From: Roseicyclus sp.
Lineage (GTDB): Bacteria > Pseudomonadota > Alphaproteobacteria > Rhodobacterales > Rhodobacteraceae
Assembly (NCBI GenBank): GCA_018401965.1
Contig: JAGYJU010000018.1
Location: forward strand, 26,243-90,242
Reading direction: 5' to 3'
Length of the DNA: 64,000 bases
Numbering within the stretch: the first letter of the stretch is position 1; each line of letters begins with the position of its first letter. Made by a program: the position numbers and the translations under genes. This document shows positions 16,194 to 26,163 of this stretch, piece after piece. The notes under the pieces were generated by a model. The model was given only the letters and a program-made list of their open reading frames with translations. It made no database searches and was not told where the DNA came from.

Positions 16194-16878
16194 TCTCCAG
16201 CCCGGTGAACACGTGCAAGGTGCCCAGGTCACGGTCGATCACCGCGTGGTCGCTGACCCAGCCCCCCATCAACAGGTAGGTGCGCAACAAGGGCGGCATC
16301 TTGGCCTGCGCCCGCTTGAGATCGGGCTTGCGCCGCAGCCGCGCGGCATAGCGGAACACGGCCGGGGCCTTGACCCGCGGCAACCAGCGTTTCGGCGCGA
16401 TATGGCGGTCGCGCAACAGCGCGAAGGCATCGTAATACTCGCGCGCCTCGGTGCCGTGAAAGGACGAACAGCCAAACAGCATTTCCACCCCTTCGCGGTC
16501 GACATGGGCCGTCATCGCGCCCCAGGCCACCCGCAGGATATCGGGATCATGCCAATCGGGATGGATGCAGAACCGCCCCATCTCGACCATTGGCCCCTTG
16601 AAATCGGCCAGGGCCGACAATTCGTAGAATTGCGCCGAATAGCTGCGGCCGATTTCCGCGCCCGACCCCAGATGCAGCAGGCGGAAACAACACACCAGGT
16701 CACCGCTGCGGGTTTCCTCGATCAAGACATGGGTGCAGGCGGCGTCGAAATCGTCACGGTCCGGCCCCAAGGCGCGCGGCCCGCGAAAGGCCAGCGCCCG
16801 CAGCCGCTGTGCCGCGTCGAGGTCAGCGGGCGTGGACGCCAGGCGCGCGCGGTACCGCCCTTTGGACAAGTTCAACAT
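16141..16878 (-). CDS. olsB: OlsB-like ornithine-acyl-ACP N-acyltransferase (GNAT, Acetyltransf_5)
   Basis: AAQRLR, DRDDFD, EMGRFCI, LFGCSSF and PPLLRTYL motifs. Confidence 0.75.
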   Translation of the reverse strand: MLNLSKGRYRARLASTPADLDAAQRLRALAFRGPRALGPDRDDFDAACTHVLIEETRSGDLVCCFRLLHLGSGAEIGRSYSAQFYELSALADFKGPMVEMGRFCIHPDWHDPDILRVAWGAMTAHVDREGVEMLFGCSSFHGTEAREYYDAFALLRDRHIAPKRWLPRVKAPAVFRYAARLRRKPDLKRAQAKMPPLLRTYLLMGGWVSDHAVIDRDLGTLHVFTGLEISAVPPGRARLLRAVAG

Positions 16879-16970
16879 GTGGCCCGTTCCTGCCGTGCCG
16901 ATCCCGAGTGGCCCGGATGATCAGAAGCTTAGACTGCGCCCATGACGAAACCGCGACACGCGCGGGCGCC

Positions 16971-17432
16971 TTAATTGCCGCCGAGCGCCTCGCCGATGTT
17001 GATCCGGCCAAAATTGCCCACCAGCTGCTGGAAGAACGAGATCTCGCGCACCGAGCTGCTTGTGACACGGCGCGACAATTCGACGACCTGGCCATCTTCC
17101 AGGCCGAATTCCTCGATGTTGCTGACGCGCCCGGCCGTGTCAAAGGACACCGCGAGGATCTGGCGCTCCGTCACCTCTGGCGCGCGGTAGGCATAGTTGC
17201 GCACGCGGTAGGCGGTGTAGAACCACGCCTCGTCGCGCATCACGCCCGCCACGCCCGGCGTGCCGATGGCCGCCACGACCGCGTCGCGGCTGTCGCCGAT
17301 CTCGATCGCGGCGAGATCTTCGGCCGGCGGCACGAAGCCGTGATTGACAAAGGTCGCCGAGCAGGCCGCAAGCCCAAGCACAAGGAAAAGGCCCATCAGA
17401 CCCGTCCGGAAACCGCGTTTGGCCTTGTGCAT
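16971..17432 (-). CDS. bamE: Outer membrane protein assembly lipoprotein BamE
   Basis: Lipobox LAAC, NHGFVP, WFY and VSFD; divergent from yceD-rpmF. Confidence 0.9.
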   Translation of the reverse strand: MHKAKRGFRTGLMGLFLVLGLAACSATFVNHGFVPPAEDLAAIEIGDSRDAVVAAIGTPGVAGVMRDEAWFYTAYRVRNYAYRAPEVTERQILAVSFDTAGRVSNIEEFGLEDGQVVELSRRVTSSSVREISFFQQLVGNFGRINIGEALGGN

Positions 17433-17566
17433 GTTCGCCCTCTTGCCCCGTATACGTGTCGACCGGCCCGTGCTCGCCCTTGCGAAGCCGCCCGAAGCTT
17501 TCTATCCGCTTAACTCACCCCGGCCCACAGGGCAAGTTTGCGACGCATGACAAAGGAGCCAAAGCC

Positions 17567-18124
17567 ATGTCTGATGCCGCCACCCGCCTGACGCTGGCCC
17601 GCCTGACGCGGGGCACTGACACCGGTTTCGAAATCCTGCCCGATGCGCAGGCCCGCGCGGCACTGGCCGCCGAGATGGATCTGATCGGGTTGCGCAAGCT
17701 GCGCTTTGTCGGCCAGCTGCGGCCCGAGGGGGCGCGCGACTGGCGGCTGGAGGCGACCTTGGGCGCCACGGTGGTGCAGGCCTGCGTGGTCAGTGCCGAA
17801 CCGGTCACCACGCGCATCGACGAAAAGATCGTCCGCCGCTACCTGGCCGACATGCCCGAGCCGGACGCCGACGAGGTCGAAATGCCCGAGGATGACAGCA
17901 CCGACCCCCTGCCGCTGACGCTGGAGCTGTTGGATGTCATGGCCGAGGCGCTGGCGCTGGCGCTGCCACTTTACCCGCGCGCGCAGGGCGCCGCGCTGGA
18001 TACGGCCCGGTTCGCCGCCCCGGGTGTGGCCCCCCTGACCGATGAGGATGCCAAGCCCCTGGCGGGTCTTGCGGCATTGCGTGACCGGCTGGCCGGCGAC
18101 GGCAACGGCGGGGAAAACAGCTGA
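17567..18124 (+). CDS. YceD/DUF177 protein
   Basis: QACVVS.EPV and EAL.LALP.YPR motifs; upstream of rpmF. Confidence 0.88.
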   Translation: MSDAATRLTLARLTRGTDTGFEILPDAQARAALAAEMDLIGLRKLRFVGQLRPEGARDWRLEATLGATVVQACVVSAEPVTTRIDEKIVRRYLADMPEPDADEVEMPEDDSTDPLPLTLELLDVMAEALALALPLYPRAQGAALDTARFAAPGVAPLTDEDAKPLAGLAALRDRLAGDGNGGENS

Positions 18125-18363
18125 AAACCGCCGGAAACAGGCCCTGGAAAGCGCCCGAATAGGGGTTGCATGGTCCGGGAATCAGAGTATGTTCCGCGCC
18201 TCATTCGCGCCCGGCCACGGGTGTGGTCCGACCGCCCGCCGCCTCATTTCCGCGCTGGCCAGACAGGCCGCAACAGGGTATGCGGGCGGCGAAGACCGAG
18301 AAGACATTTTTACTGGATCGGGCGGCCACACCGGGATCGCCCCCGAAAGACCGAGGTTGTGAC

Positions 18364-18570
18364 ATGGCTGTCCCACAGAACCGAGTGACGCGTTCGCGCC
18401 GTAACATGCGCCGTTCCCATGATGCGCTGGAAGGTGGCAACCCCAATGAATGCCCGTCCTGCGGCGAGCTGAAGCGGCCGCACCACGTGTGCCCGTCCTG
18501 CGGCACCTACAATGCCCGCGAAGTCATCGCGAAGGCCGACGAAGTCGATCTCGACGAAGACGCGGCCTGA
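18364..18570 (+). CDS. rpmF: 50S ribosomal protein L32
   Basis: [19 protein letters not shown] and CxxC..PHHVCxxCG. Confidence 0.97.
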   Translation: MAVPQNRVTRSRRNMRRSHDALEGGNPNECPSCGELKRPHHVCPSCGTYNAREVIAKADEVDLDEDAA

Positions 18571-18608
18571 TACGGCACTAGGCCCGAGGCTGCGAGGCGA
18601 CCCGGGGC

Positions 18609-19697
18609 ATGACCCAAGGCACAGCACTGACGGCCAACACGATCCCCGGCACCATCCTGTCCATTGACGCAATGGGCAGCGATCTGGGGCCGGCGGTCAT
18701 CGTGGCGGGCATGGCGAAATCCGCCGCCAAGAACCCGGCGCTGCGGTTCATCGTGCATGGCGACAGGCCGGAACTGGAACGCCTGATCGAACGCCGCCGC
18801 GATCTGTCCGACCGCTGCGAGATTCGGCACGCCGACAGCGTGGTGATGATGGGCGACAAACCGTCCCATGTCCTGCGCCACGGCAAATCAACCTCGATGT
18901 GGTCCTGTATCGAAGCCGTGCGCAACGGCGAGGCGGGCGCGGCCGTCAGCTGTGGCAACACCGGCGCGCTGATGGCCATCAGCATGATGCGCCTGCGCAA
19001 GATCGAGGGCGTCAATCGCCCCGCCATCGCCTGCCTTTGGCCATCGCGCAACCTCAGCGGCTTCAACGTGATGCTGGATGTCGGCGCCGATATCCGTGCC
19101 GATGCCGAAGACCTGCTGCAATATGCCCTGATGGGCACGAGCTATGCCCGCAACGGGCTTGACCTGCGGCGGCCGCGCGTCGGCCTGTTGAACGTGGGCA
19201 CCGAGGAACACAAGGGCCGCGCCGAATTGAAACTGGCCGCCGAGCTGATCGAACGGGTCAGCCATGCCGCCGATTTTGATTTCGTGGGCTTTGTCGAAGG
19301 CGGCGACCTCCCCTCGGACAAGGTCGACGTGATCGTGACCGACGGGTTCACCGGCAATGTCGCGCTCAAGACCGGCGAGGGCACGGCGCGGCTGATCCGC
19401 GACCTGATGGGCGAGGCGTTCCGGTTTTCGCCGCTGTCGCGGGTGGCGGCGATCTTGGCCTATACCTCGCTGCGACGCTTGTCGAAACGGATCGATCCGC
19501 GCCGCGTGAACGGGGGCGTTTTCCTGGGGCTGAACGGCACGGTGGTGAAATCGCACGGCTCTGCCGATGCCACCGGCGTTTCCGCCGCGATCAAACTGGC
19601 GGCGCGGCTGGCTGCGGCCGGGTTCAGCGAACGGCTGGCCACGCGCCTTGCAGAGGCCGAACAGGCCGCCGCCGCCGCCATACAATCGGAGACCTGA
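18609..19697 (+). CDS. plsX: Phosphate acyltransferase PlsX
   Basis: IDAMGSD, SCGNTGA, DGFTGN and KSHGS motifs. Confidence 0.96.
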   Translation: MTQGTALTANTIPGTILSIDAMGSDLGPAVIVAGMAKSAAKNPALRFIVHGDRPELERLIERRRDLSDRCEIRHADSVVMMGDKPSHVLRHGKSTSMWSCIEAVRNGEAGAAVSCGNTGALMAISMMRLRKIEGVNRPAIACLWPSRNLSGFNVMLDVGADIRADAEDLLQYALMGTSYARNGLDLRRPRVGLLNVGTEEHKGRAELKLAAELIERVSHAADFDFVGFVEGGDLPSDKVDVIVTDGFTGNVALKTGEGTARLIRDLMGEAFRFSPLSRVAAILAYTSLRRLSKRIDPRRVNGGVFLGLNGTVVKSHGSADATGVSAAIKLAARLAAAGFSERLATRLAEAEQAAAAAIQSET

Positions 19698-19702
19698 CAG
19701 GC

Positions 19703-20680
19703 ATGACCAAAACCCGCGCAGTGCCCGTTGGCATCGGCCATTACCTGCCCGCCCGCGTGGTGGAAAACACCGAATTCGAAGCGACGCTGGACACCAGCGA
19801 TGACTGGATCCGGTCGCGGTCGGGCATCGAGCGGCGCCATTTCGCCGCCGAGGGCGAAACCACCAGCCAGATGGCCGTGGCCGCCGCGCGCGCCGCGCTC
19901 GACATGGCGGGGCTTGCCCCGGGTGACATCGACGTGGTCATCGTCGCCACCTCTACCCCGGATCTCACCTTTCCGTCGGTCGCGACCATGGTGCAGGCGG
20001 GCCTCGGAATGGAGGGGGGATTCGCCTTTGACGTTCAGGCGGTCTGCGCGGGGTTTGTCTATGCGCTGGCCAATGCCGACGCGTTGATCGTCTCGGGCCA
20101 GGCGCGGCGCGCGCTGGTGATCGGGGCCGAAACCTTCAGCCGGATCATGGACTGGACCGACCGGGGCACCTGCGTCTTGTTCGGGGATGGCGCGGGGGCG
20201 CTGATCCTCGAGGCGCAAGAGGGCGACGGCACCGTGGCCGACCGCGGCATCCTGGCGACCGATCTGCATTCCGACGGGCGGTTCAAGGACCTGCTTTACG
20301 TGGATGGCGGTGTTTCATCCACTGGCACCACCGGTGTCTTGCGCATGGAAGGCCGCGAAGTCTTTCGCCATGCCGTTGAAAAACTTGCCGAAACGGCCGA
20401 AACAGCCCTGGCGCGTGCCGGCGCGCAGCCCGAACAGGTCGACTGGGTCGTACCGCATCAGGCCAATCTGCGGATCATCACCCGCACGGCGCAAAAGATG
20501 GGCATCGACATGGACCGGGTCGTTGTGACCGTGCAAGATCACGGCAACACCTCGGCCGCCTCGATCCCCCTGGCGCTGTCGGTGGGGGTGGCGCGCGGCC
20601 AGATCAAGCAGGGCGATTTGCTGGTCTGCGAGGCCATCGGTGGCGGCCTGGCCTGGGGCGCGGTCGTCATCCGCTGGTAG
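19703..20680 (+). CDS. fabH: Beta-ketoacyl-ACP synthase III
   Basis: [19 protein letters not shown] and GNTSAAS motifs. Confidence 0.97.
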   Translation: MTKTRAVPVGIGHYLPARVVENTEFEATLDTSDDWIRSRSGIERRHFAAEGETTSQMAVAAARAALDMAGLAPGDIDVVIVATSTPDLTFPSVATMVQAGLGMEGGFAFDVQAVCAGFVYALANADALIVSGQARRALVIGAETFSRIMDWTDRGTCVLFGDGAGALILEAQEGDGTVADRGILATDLHSDGRFKDLLYVDGGVSSTGTTGVLRMEGREVFRHAVEKLAETAETALARAGAQPEQVDWVVPHQANLRIITRTAQKMGIDMDRVVVTVQDHGNTSAASIPLALSVGVARGQIKQGDLLVCEAIGGGLAWGAVVIRW

Positions 20681-20721
20681 GGTCGTTGCGGCATATAAGC
20701 GCCGCCGCGCAAGTCTCTCGA

Positions 20722-20750
20722 TTGACTTGAGAAATCGCTTGGATCATCCT
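20722..20750 (+). promoter_or_regulatory. Candidate sigma70 promoter for ihfA
   Basis: TTGACT-17 bp-CATCCT. Confidence 0.45.
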
Positions 20751-20776
20751 GCGGCGAGATTTGGGGGACGAAACAT

Positions 20777-21079
20777 ATGGCTGGCAAGACGCTGACACGC
20801 ATGGACCTGTCCGAAGCAGTGTTCCGGGAGGTGGGCCTGTCGCGCAATGAAAGCGCGCAACTCGTGGAACGGGTGCTTGAACTCATGTCCGACGCCTTGG
20901 TCGAGGGCGAACAGGTCAAGATCTCGTCATTCGGGACATTTTCGGTGCGGTCCAAGACCGCCCGCGTGGGGCGCAACCCCAAGACCGGTGAAGAGGTGCC
21001 GATCAGCCCGCGCCGCGTGCTGACCTTTCGGCCCTCGCACCTGATGAAAGACCGGGTCGCGGCAGGCAACCGCGACTGA
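20777..21079 (+). CDS. ihfA: Integration host factor subunit alpha
   Basis: [17 protein letters not shown] and TFRPS motifs; fabH-ihfA-merR synteny. Confidence 0.96.
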   Translation: MAGKTLTRMDLSEAVFREVGLSRNESAQLVERVLELMSDALVEGEQVKISSFGTFSVRSKTARVGRNPKTGEEVPISPRRVLTFRPSHLMKDRVAAGNRD

Positions 21080-21156
21080 TCCAGCCACGCGGCGCGGGCC
21101 AAGGCCCGCGGCGACCATGATGGCGCAAGGACCGAACAGAGGCGGGCAAACCGGCC

Positions 21157-21837
21157 ATGTCGAAATCGACGCAAGCCTTTCGAACGATCCGGGAAGTGGC
21201 CGATTGGCTGGACGTAGCCGCCCATGTGCTGCGGTTCTGGGAATCGAAATTTCCACAGATCAAGCCGGTCAAGCGCGCCGGCGGGCGGCGCTATTACCGC
21301 CCTGCCGACATGGAACTGGTCGGCGGCATCAAGGTGTTGCTGCATGATCGCGGCCTGACCATCCGGGGCGTGCAGAAAATGATCCGCGAAGACGGGCTCG
21401 CCGCCGTGGCCGCCCTGTCGCCGCCCATCGATCTTGACGGGCTGGACGCCATCGATGCCGAGGCTGTCGAAGACTGGATCGACGATGCCGAACTGGCCGA
21501 GGCAGAGCTGAATGTGGATGCGGCAGAGCCGGAAGAAGCCGAAGACATAGAAGACGCAGGCAACGCTGCCGACACGGACGACGCAGGGCCGAGGGCCGAC
21601 ACCGCGCCAGAGCCAGAGCCAGAGCCAGCAGTGGCACCTGCGCCTCGGCCCGAACCGCCCCCCGCACCGCGCGCCATTGCCCCCGCAGGCGATGCCGATG
21701 ACGGCTGTGCCGATGCGATTGCGACCCTTGCGGGGCATGCACCGCGCCTGTCGCCTGACACCGTCGCGCGGCTGCGCCCCGCCATCATCGCGCTGCGTGA
21801 CCGCCTGCGCGGCGATGTGCGGGATCACGGCGCATGA
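21157..21837 (+). CDS. MerR family HTH regulator with acidic/Pro-rich tail
   Basis: [14 protein letters not shown] and [10 protein letters not shown] motifs. Confidence 0.9.
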   Translation: MSKSTQAFRTIREVADWLDVAAHVLRFWESKFPQIKPVKRAGGRRYYRPADMELVGGIKVLLHDRGLTIRGVQKMIREDGLAAVAALSPPIDLDGLDAIDAEAVEDWIDDAELAEAELNVDAAEPEEAEDIEDAGNAADTDDAGPRADTAPEPEPEPAVAPAPRPEPPPAPRAIAPAGDADDGCADAIATLAGHAPRLSPDTVARLRPAIIALRDRLRGDVRDHGA

Positions 21838-21891
21838 ACCTGCACCCTGCCCCTTGCGCCCCCCGGCAAAATGGGTAGAAGGGCGACACGT

Positions 21892-21968
21892 CGGGCTATA
21901 GCGCAGCCTGGTAGCGCGTCCGTCTGGGGGACGGAAGGTCGCAGGTTCAAGTCCTGCTAGCCCGACCA
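21892..21968 (+). tRNA. tRNA-Pro(GGG)
   Basis: CGGGCTA/TAGCCCG acceptor stem, TCCGT-CTGGGGG-ACGGA anticodon arm, GGTTCAAGTCC T-loop, encoded CCA. Confidence 0.97.
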
Positions 21969-21997
21969 AATCTTCCCGCTGTTTCGGGAACCCCGCG

Positions 21998-22033
21998 AAA
22001 ACCGCCTTGCGCCCCGGGCGCAGGCGGTTTTTT
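21998..22033 (+). terminator. Terminator after tRNA-Pro
   Basis: AAAACCGCCTTGCGCC/GGCGCAGGCGGTTTTTT hairpin. Confidence 0.8.
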
Positions 22034-22059
22034 CTTGGCCGCAAAGGGGGACTGACCAG

Positions 22060-23130
22060 ATGACCGAGCCGACCCATGGCGTTCTGCCCGATCATGCCAT
22101 CGAGGCGATGATCGCGCGTGGCCAGATCGCCTGTGCCAGCCCCGATGCCGACCAGGTGCAACCCGCCAGCCTCGATCTGCGGCTTGGCACCGTGGCCTAC
22201 CGGGTGCGCGCGTCTTTCCTGGCGGGTGCGGGCCGCCGCGTGGCAGACCGGATCGCGGAATTCGAAATGCACCGCATGGACCTGACCGAGGGCGCGGTGC
22301 TGGAAAAGGGCTGTGTCTATGTCGTGCCCCTGATGGAGGCGATGGCCCTGCCCGCCGATGTCACGGCCGTGTGCAATGCCAAAAGCTCGACCGGCAGGGT
22401 CGATTGCCTGACCCGCGTCATCACCGATGGCGGCACGGAATTCGACCGAATTCCAGCCGGTTACACCGGCCCGCTCTATGCAGAGATCTGTCCGAGATCG
22501 TTTTCGGTCAAGGTGGCGCCCGGCCTGCGGCTCAACCAGATCCGGTTCCGCCGGGGCCAGGCGGTCTTGACCGATGCGGAACTGACCACGCGCCACGCGC
22601 AGTCGCCGCTGGTGGATGGCACCCCGGTCATCGATGACGGCCTGGGCTTTTCGGTCGATCTGACACCCACCGCCACGGGCATCGTCGGCTACCGCGCCAA
22701 GCCCCATACCGGCGTCATCGACCTGACCCGGATCGCGGCCCATGCCATCCCCGATTTCTGGGAAGAAGTGCGCAGCGAAGAGGGCCGGATCATCCTAGAC
22801 CCGGGGGCCTTCTACATCCTTGTCAGCCGCGAGGCGGTGACGATCCCGCCCGATTGCGCCGCCGAAATGTCGCCCTACCTCGCGATGGTCGGCGAATTCC
22901 GGGTGCATTACGCGGGGTTTTTCGACCCCGGCTTCGGCCATGGCGTGCCCGCGCGCGGCGTGCTGGAAGTGCGCTGTCACGAAGCGCCCTTTGTCCTGGA
23001 ACATGGGCAGGTCGTGGGGCGGCTGGTCTATGAACGCATGGCGTCACTGCCCGCGCGGCTCTACGGGGCCGGGATTGCCTCGAACTACCAGGGCCAGGGG
23101 CTGAAACTGTCCAAGCATTTCAAGACGTGA
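22060..23130 (+). CDS. dcd: 2'-deoxycytidine 5'-triphosphate deaminase (alphaproteobacterial long form)
   Basis: QPASLDLRLG, KSSTGR, HYAGFFDPGFG and NYQGQGLKLSKHF motifs. Confidence 0.92.
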   Translation: MTEPTHGVLPDHAIEAMIARGQIACASPDADQVQPASLDLRLGTVAYRVRASFLAGAGRRVADRIAEFEMHRMDLTEGAVLEKGCVYVVPLMEAMALPADVTAVCNAKSSTGRVDCLTRVITDGGTEFDRIPAGYTGPLYAEICPRSFSVKVAPGLRLNQIRFRRGQAVLTDAELTTRHAQSPLVDGTPVIDDGLGFSVDLTPTATGIVGYRAKPHTGVIDLTRIAAHAIPDFWEEVRSEEGRIILDPGAFYILVSREAVTIPPDCAAEMSPYLAMVGEFRVHYAGFFDPGFGHGVPARGVLEVRCHEAPFVLEHGQVVGRLVYERMASLPARLYGAGIASNYQGQGLKLSKHFKT

Positions 23131-24347
23131 AAAGCCGCGAATAATACATCAACCCGTGGCCCGTCATGGCGCGCGACACCCCCGCCCAGATCGGCGCAAA
23201 GGTGATCCAGTCGGTGCGCAGGGCGCGTGCGATGTCATCAAGGCTGTGGCGGCCATCGATCTGGGCAAAGGCGCGCACTGCCATGGCCGGCACGGGGATT
23301 TCGAACCGCTCGCCATCATGGCTGACCGGGATGATCCCGTGCTTCAGCGCGTGCTGCGCCAAGGCCGGGCCTGTCACGCCCTTGAGATGCGGCACCGCCA
23401 GCGGCCCCGCCTGCGCCACCTGCCCCTGCCCCTTGCCCCTGCCCTTGTCCTTGCCGCGCGGCATAGATCACATGCGTGCGGATCGTGCCGCGCAGCGCCT
23501 CTGCCAGGTCCATGCGCGCGGGCATGTCCAGCCCCGCCAACAGGCCCGGATCGCCCAGGATCGGCGTCGGATCATAGAGATGCGCCTGCGGCGTGCCGGT
23601 CATGGCCAACCCGGCGCGATCCAGCGCGGCCAACAGCGCGCTGATGCGGAACGGCTTGTCCTGGCTGTGCAGCAACAGGTCATAGAACCCGGCATCGCTG
23701 GCCCGGTGATCGGACAGCTGCGCGTTGCGCTTGAACGGGTGGCCGTCGGGAATGCGATCGAACATCGCCTTGGCGCGACGCAGGCGATCGGGCGCGCTGC
23801 CGGTCAGGACCGCGCCAAAGGCCTCTTGCAGCGGGTAGACCCCCGACCGGCCAAAGGGCGCATAAACCATCACCCCCATCCCGCCCGTGGGCGTCAGCGC
23901 GGCCGCCAGCGCGTCAAACCCCGCCTGGGGATCGGGCAGGTGATGCAGCACGCCGCAGCAGTCGATGTAGTCGAACCGCCCCAGGTCGGGCGCCTCCAAC
24001 AGCGATCCGGTCACGAAGGTGATGCCGGTCAGGCCACGCGCCTTTGCCCGCGCCTCGGCGATCTTGCGCGCGGCCTTGGACAGATCGACATAGGTGATCT
24101 GATAGGGCCGCCCGGCGCTGGTCAGCACCTGGGCCAGCTGGATCAGCGCATCGCCGGTGCCGCCGCCCGCCACGAGGGCGCGAAACGGTTGCGACCAGTC
24201 GCGCGCACCGCCGAACAGGAAATGGTCGATTTCCAGCGGATGGCTGGGCGAGCCGGTGACCAACCGCCTTGCCTCGTCGGCAGGGTCGCGGGCCGGGTAG
24301 GGAAAGGCTTCGTATTGTTCGCTGACCGGGTCGATCTTGCGGGTCAT
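23120..24347 (-). CDS. Class I SAM-dependent methyltransferase (frameshift in GQ repeat near 23430)
   Basis: QYEAFPYP, LVAGGGTGD, IDCCGVLHHL and YDLLLH; C-terminus in ORF 23120..23464. Confidence 0.85.
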
Positions 24348-25126
24348 GTGATCGCCTCCGACTGCGGCAGCCGCGCCCGCGCCGCATCTGGCAGGACGGC
24401 CAGCGGCACGACATATGTATGAATGGTAAATGCTACAGCATCACATGAAGAAAGCCGCACAAAGCTTTGTTTTTCTGATCTTACATAACGACCTTGCGAT
24501 GCTGCCTCGCGCCGCGGCGCCGCCTCGGGCCGGGGTTGGTGCAGCGCCGGATCCGCATAGACCAAGGCGTTCTGCCGCCACAGCGGCCGGTCCGGCCTGA
24601 CCGCGTCGAACAGGCGCTGGACGCGGGCGGCCATGGCGGCATCATAGACATCGACGGGCGCATGGATGCCGGAGAGCGGGCGGCCGATTTTCTCGGCCAA
24701 GGTCCAGCTTGCCGGGAAACACAGAACCGCGCCGGTCAGCACATGTTCGCCGCCGATCGGCTGCATCAGGCACAGGTCTTCCTGCACCAGACGCGCGGCG
24801 GTGACGAGCGGCGGCGCAGCGTCCAGCGCCACCCGCACCCCATCGGGCCGCGTCACCCCGCCGCCGTCGCGGGCATAGCCCGGCCCGAGATGGTCCAGGA
24901 TCAGCGCAAGCAGCGCATCGGCCGCCTGCGCGCCCGCATCGGTCATCGCGTAGACATCGCCCCGGGCCTGCGCCAGCAACCTGTCGCGCAGCGCCATCTG
25001 GCCGGCAAAGGCATCGTCGACCACCAGCCAATCGGCCCAGTCCAACGGCTGCACACCCGGCAGACGGGCCGTGGCCGGATCCATCCACGGCAGATGCGGC
25101 AGCGCGCTTTGGCAGATCGGGTCCAT
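24344..25126 (-). CDS. DUF3445 / heme-dependent oxidative N-demethylase-like protein
   Basis: LVQEDLC, LCFPASW, KIGRPL..IHAPV, RSE.Q and FTIHTY motifs. Confidence 0.85.
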   Translation of the reverse strand: MDPICQSALPHLPWMDPATARLPGVQPLDWADWLVVDDAFAGQMALRDRLLAQARGDVYAMTDAGAQAADALLALILDHLGPGYARDGGGVTRPDGVRVALDAAPPLVTAARLVQEDLCLMQPIGGEHVLTGAVLCFPASWTLAEKIGRPLSGIHAPVDVYDAAMAARVQRLFDAVRPDRPLWRQNALVYADPALHQPRPEAAPRREAASQGRYVRSEKQSFVRLSSCDAVAFTIHTYVVPLAVLPDAARARLPQSEAIT

Positions 25127-25221
25127 CTTTGGCGGCATCCTGGGCGGTTTCGAGGGCTTGGCCGACCAAAGCGCATCGCGACCCGCTGTGCAAGATCGCC
25201 CCAGCCAGCCCTTGCCCGCGT

Positions 25222-25235
25222 TTGATCGAGATCAA
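25222..25235. promoter_or_regulatory. FNR/FnrL box
   Basis: Perfect TTGAT-CGAG-ATCAA between divergent genes. Confidence 0.8.
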
Positions 25236-25301
25236 GGAAACGCGGATCGGACCGGTCCACCCTGCCCACAGGGCATCGCGAGGATCACAAGGAAGACGCG
25301 G

Positions 25302-25547
25302 ATGGATCTTTTTACACGACTGTCGCAGGGCAGCGAATTGGTCAGTGGCATGATGCAGCGTTTGGGCGTCGCGCCCAAGGTCACGACAGCCGTCGACACG
25401 GAATTCGCGGCGCAATCGTTCCGCACCATGGTGTTGCGCTGCGCCTCTTGCAAAGACCAAGGGGCCTGCACCCGCCTGCAAGCCGAGAACGCAACGCTTG
25501 ACGCCGCCCCGAGCTATTGCCGCAACGCCGACAGGTTCGCGGTCTAA
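25302..25547 (+). CDS. Small Cys-rich protein (DUF6455-like)
   Basis: RCxxC...C...P.YC.N pattern, 81 aa. Confidence 0.75.
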   Translation: MDLFTRLSQGSELVSGMMQRLGVAPKVTTAVDTEFAAQSFRTMVLRCASCKDQGACTRLQAENATLDAAPSYCRNADRFAV

Positions 25548-26018
25548 AGCTTCTGGCAGCAAGGGCAAAAGCGGGGAAGACTTGATTTCCTCCATGCTGA
25601 GCAGCGCCGTGACGTTGAAGATCCGAACCTCGGAAATCAGCGCCTGGTAAAAGGCATCATAGGCGCGCGCATTGGGCACGCGCACCTTGAGGATATAGTC
25701 GATTTCGCCCGCAAGCCTGTGGGCCTCTTGCACCTCGGGGCGCGCCCTGAGCGCGGCAAGAAACCTGTTCTGCCAGTCCGCCTCGTGTTCCGAGGTGCGG
25801 ATCAGAACGAAGAAACACGCCTCGAACCCCAGCTTTTCCGCATCGAGCAGAACGGTCTGCCGCCCGATCACGCCCGCATCTTTCAGCTTGCGAATCCGCG
25901 ACCAAACGGGCGTCTTGGACGACCCGACAAGGCGCGCGATGTCATCGAGCGACCGGCTTGCGTCTTCTTGCAAGGCCGCAAGGATTTTCCGGTCTAGCGC
26001 ATCAATCTGGACAGACAT
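25544..26018 (-). CDS. Lrp/AsnC family regulator (DecR-like); natural stop appears out of frame by one base
   Basis: DALDRKIL..LQED, SKTPVW.RI, HRLAGEIDY and SMEEIK motifs; divergent from cysG. Confidence 0.85.
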
Positions 26019-26069
26019 TTTCAGCCCTCCTTTCCCGCAGAACGCCACCAAGTGGTACGCGACCATTAC

Positions 26070-26083
26070 GGAACATATGTTCC
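26070..26083. promoter_or_regulatory. Perfect 14-bp palindrome, candidate operator between the Lrp gene and cysG
   Basis: GGAACATATGTTCC. Confidence 0.55.
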
Positions 26084-26163
26084 TTTTCGCAACCCCCATC
26101 TGCCAAATATCAGGAAATTGTTCTATCTCTGGATCAAGTTCACGGATCAGAGGCGACCGCGCG

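Noticed and set aside
21607-21628. CCAGAG x3 microsatellite in the MerR tail
   Set aside because: Short in-frame Pro-Glu linker; ordinary low complexity
21892-22060. tRNA-Pro as an integration site
   Set aside because: No integrase, duplicated 3' end or foreign DNA downstream
24478-24505. dif-like XerD arm TTATGTAAGAT on the minus strand
   Set aside because: No recognisable XerC arm, and KOPS polarity does not switch across this position
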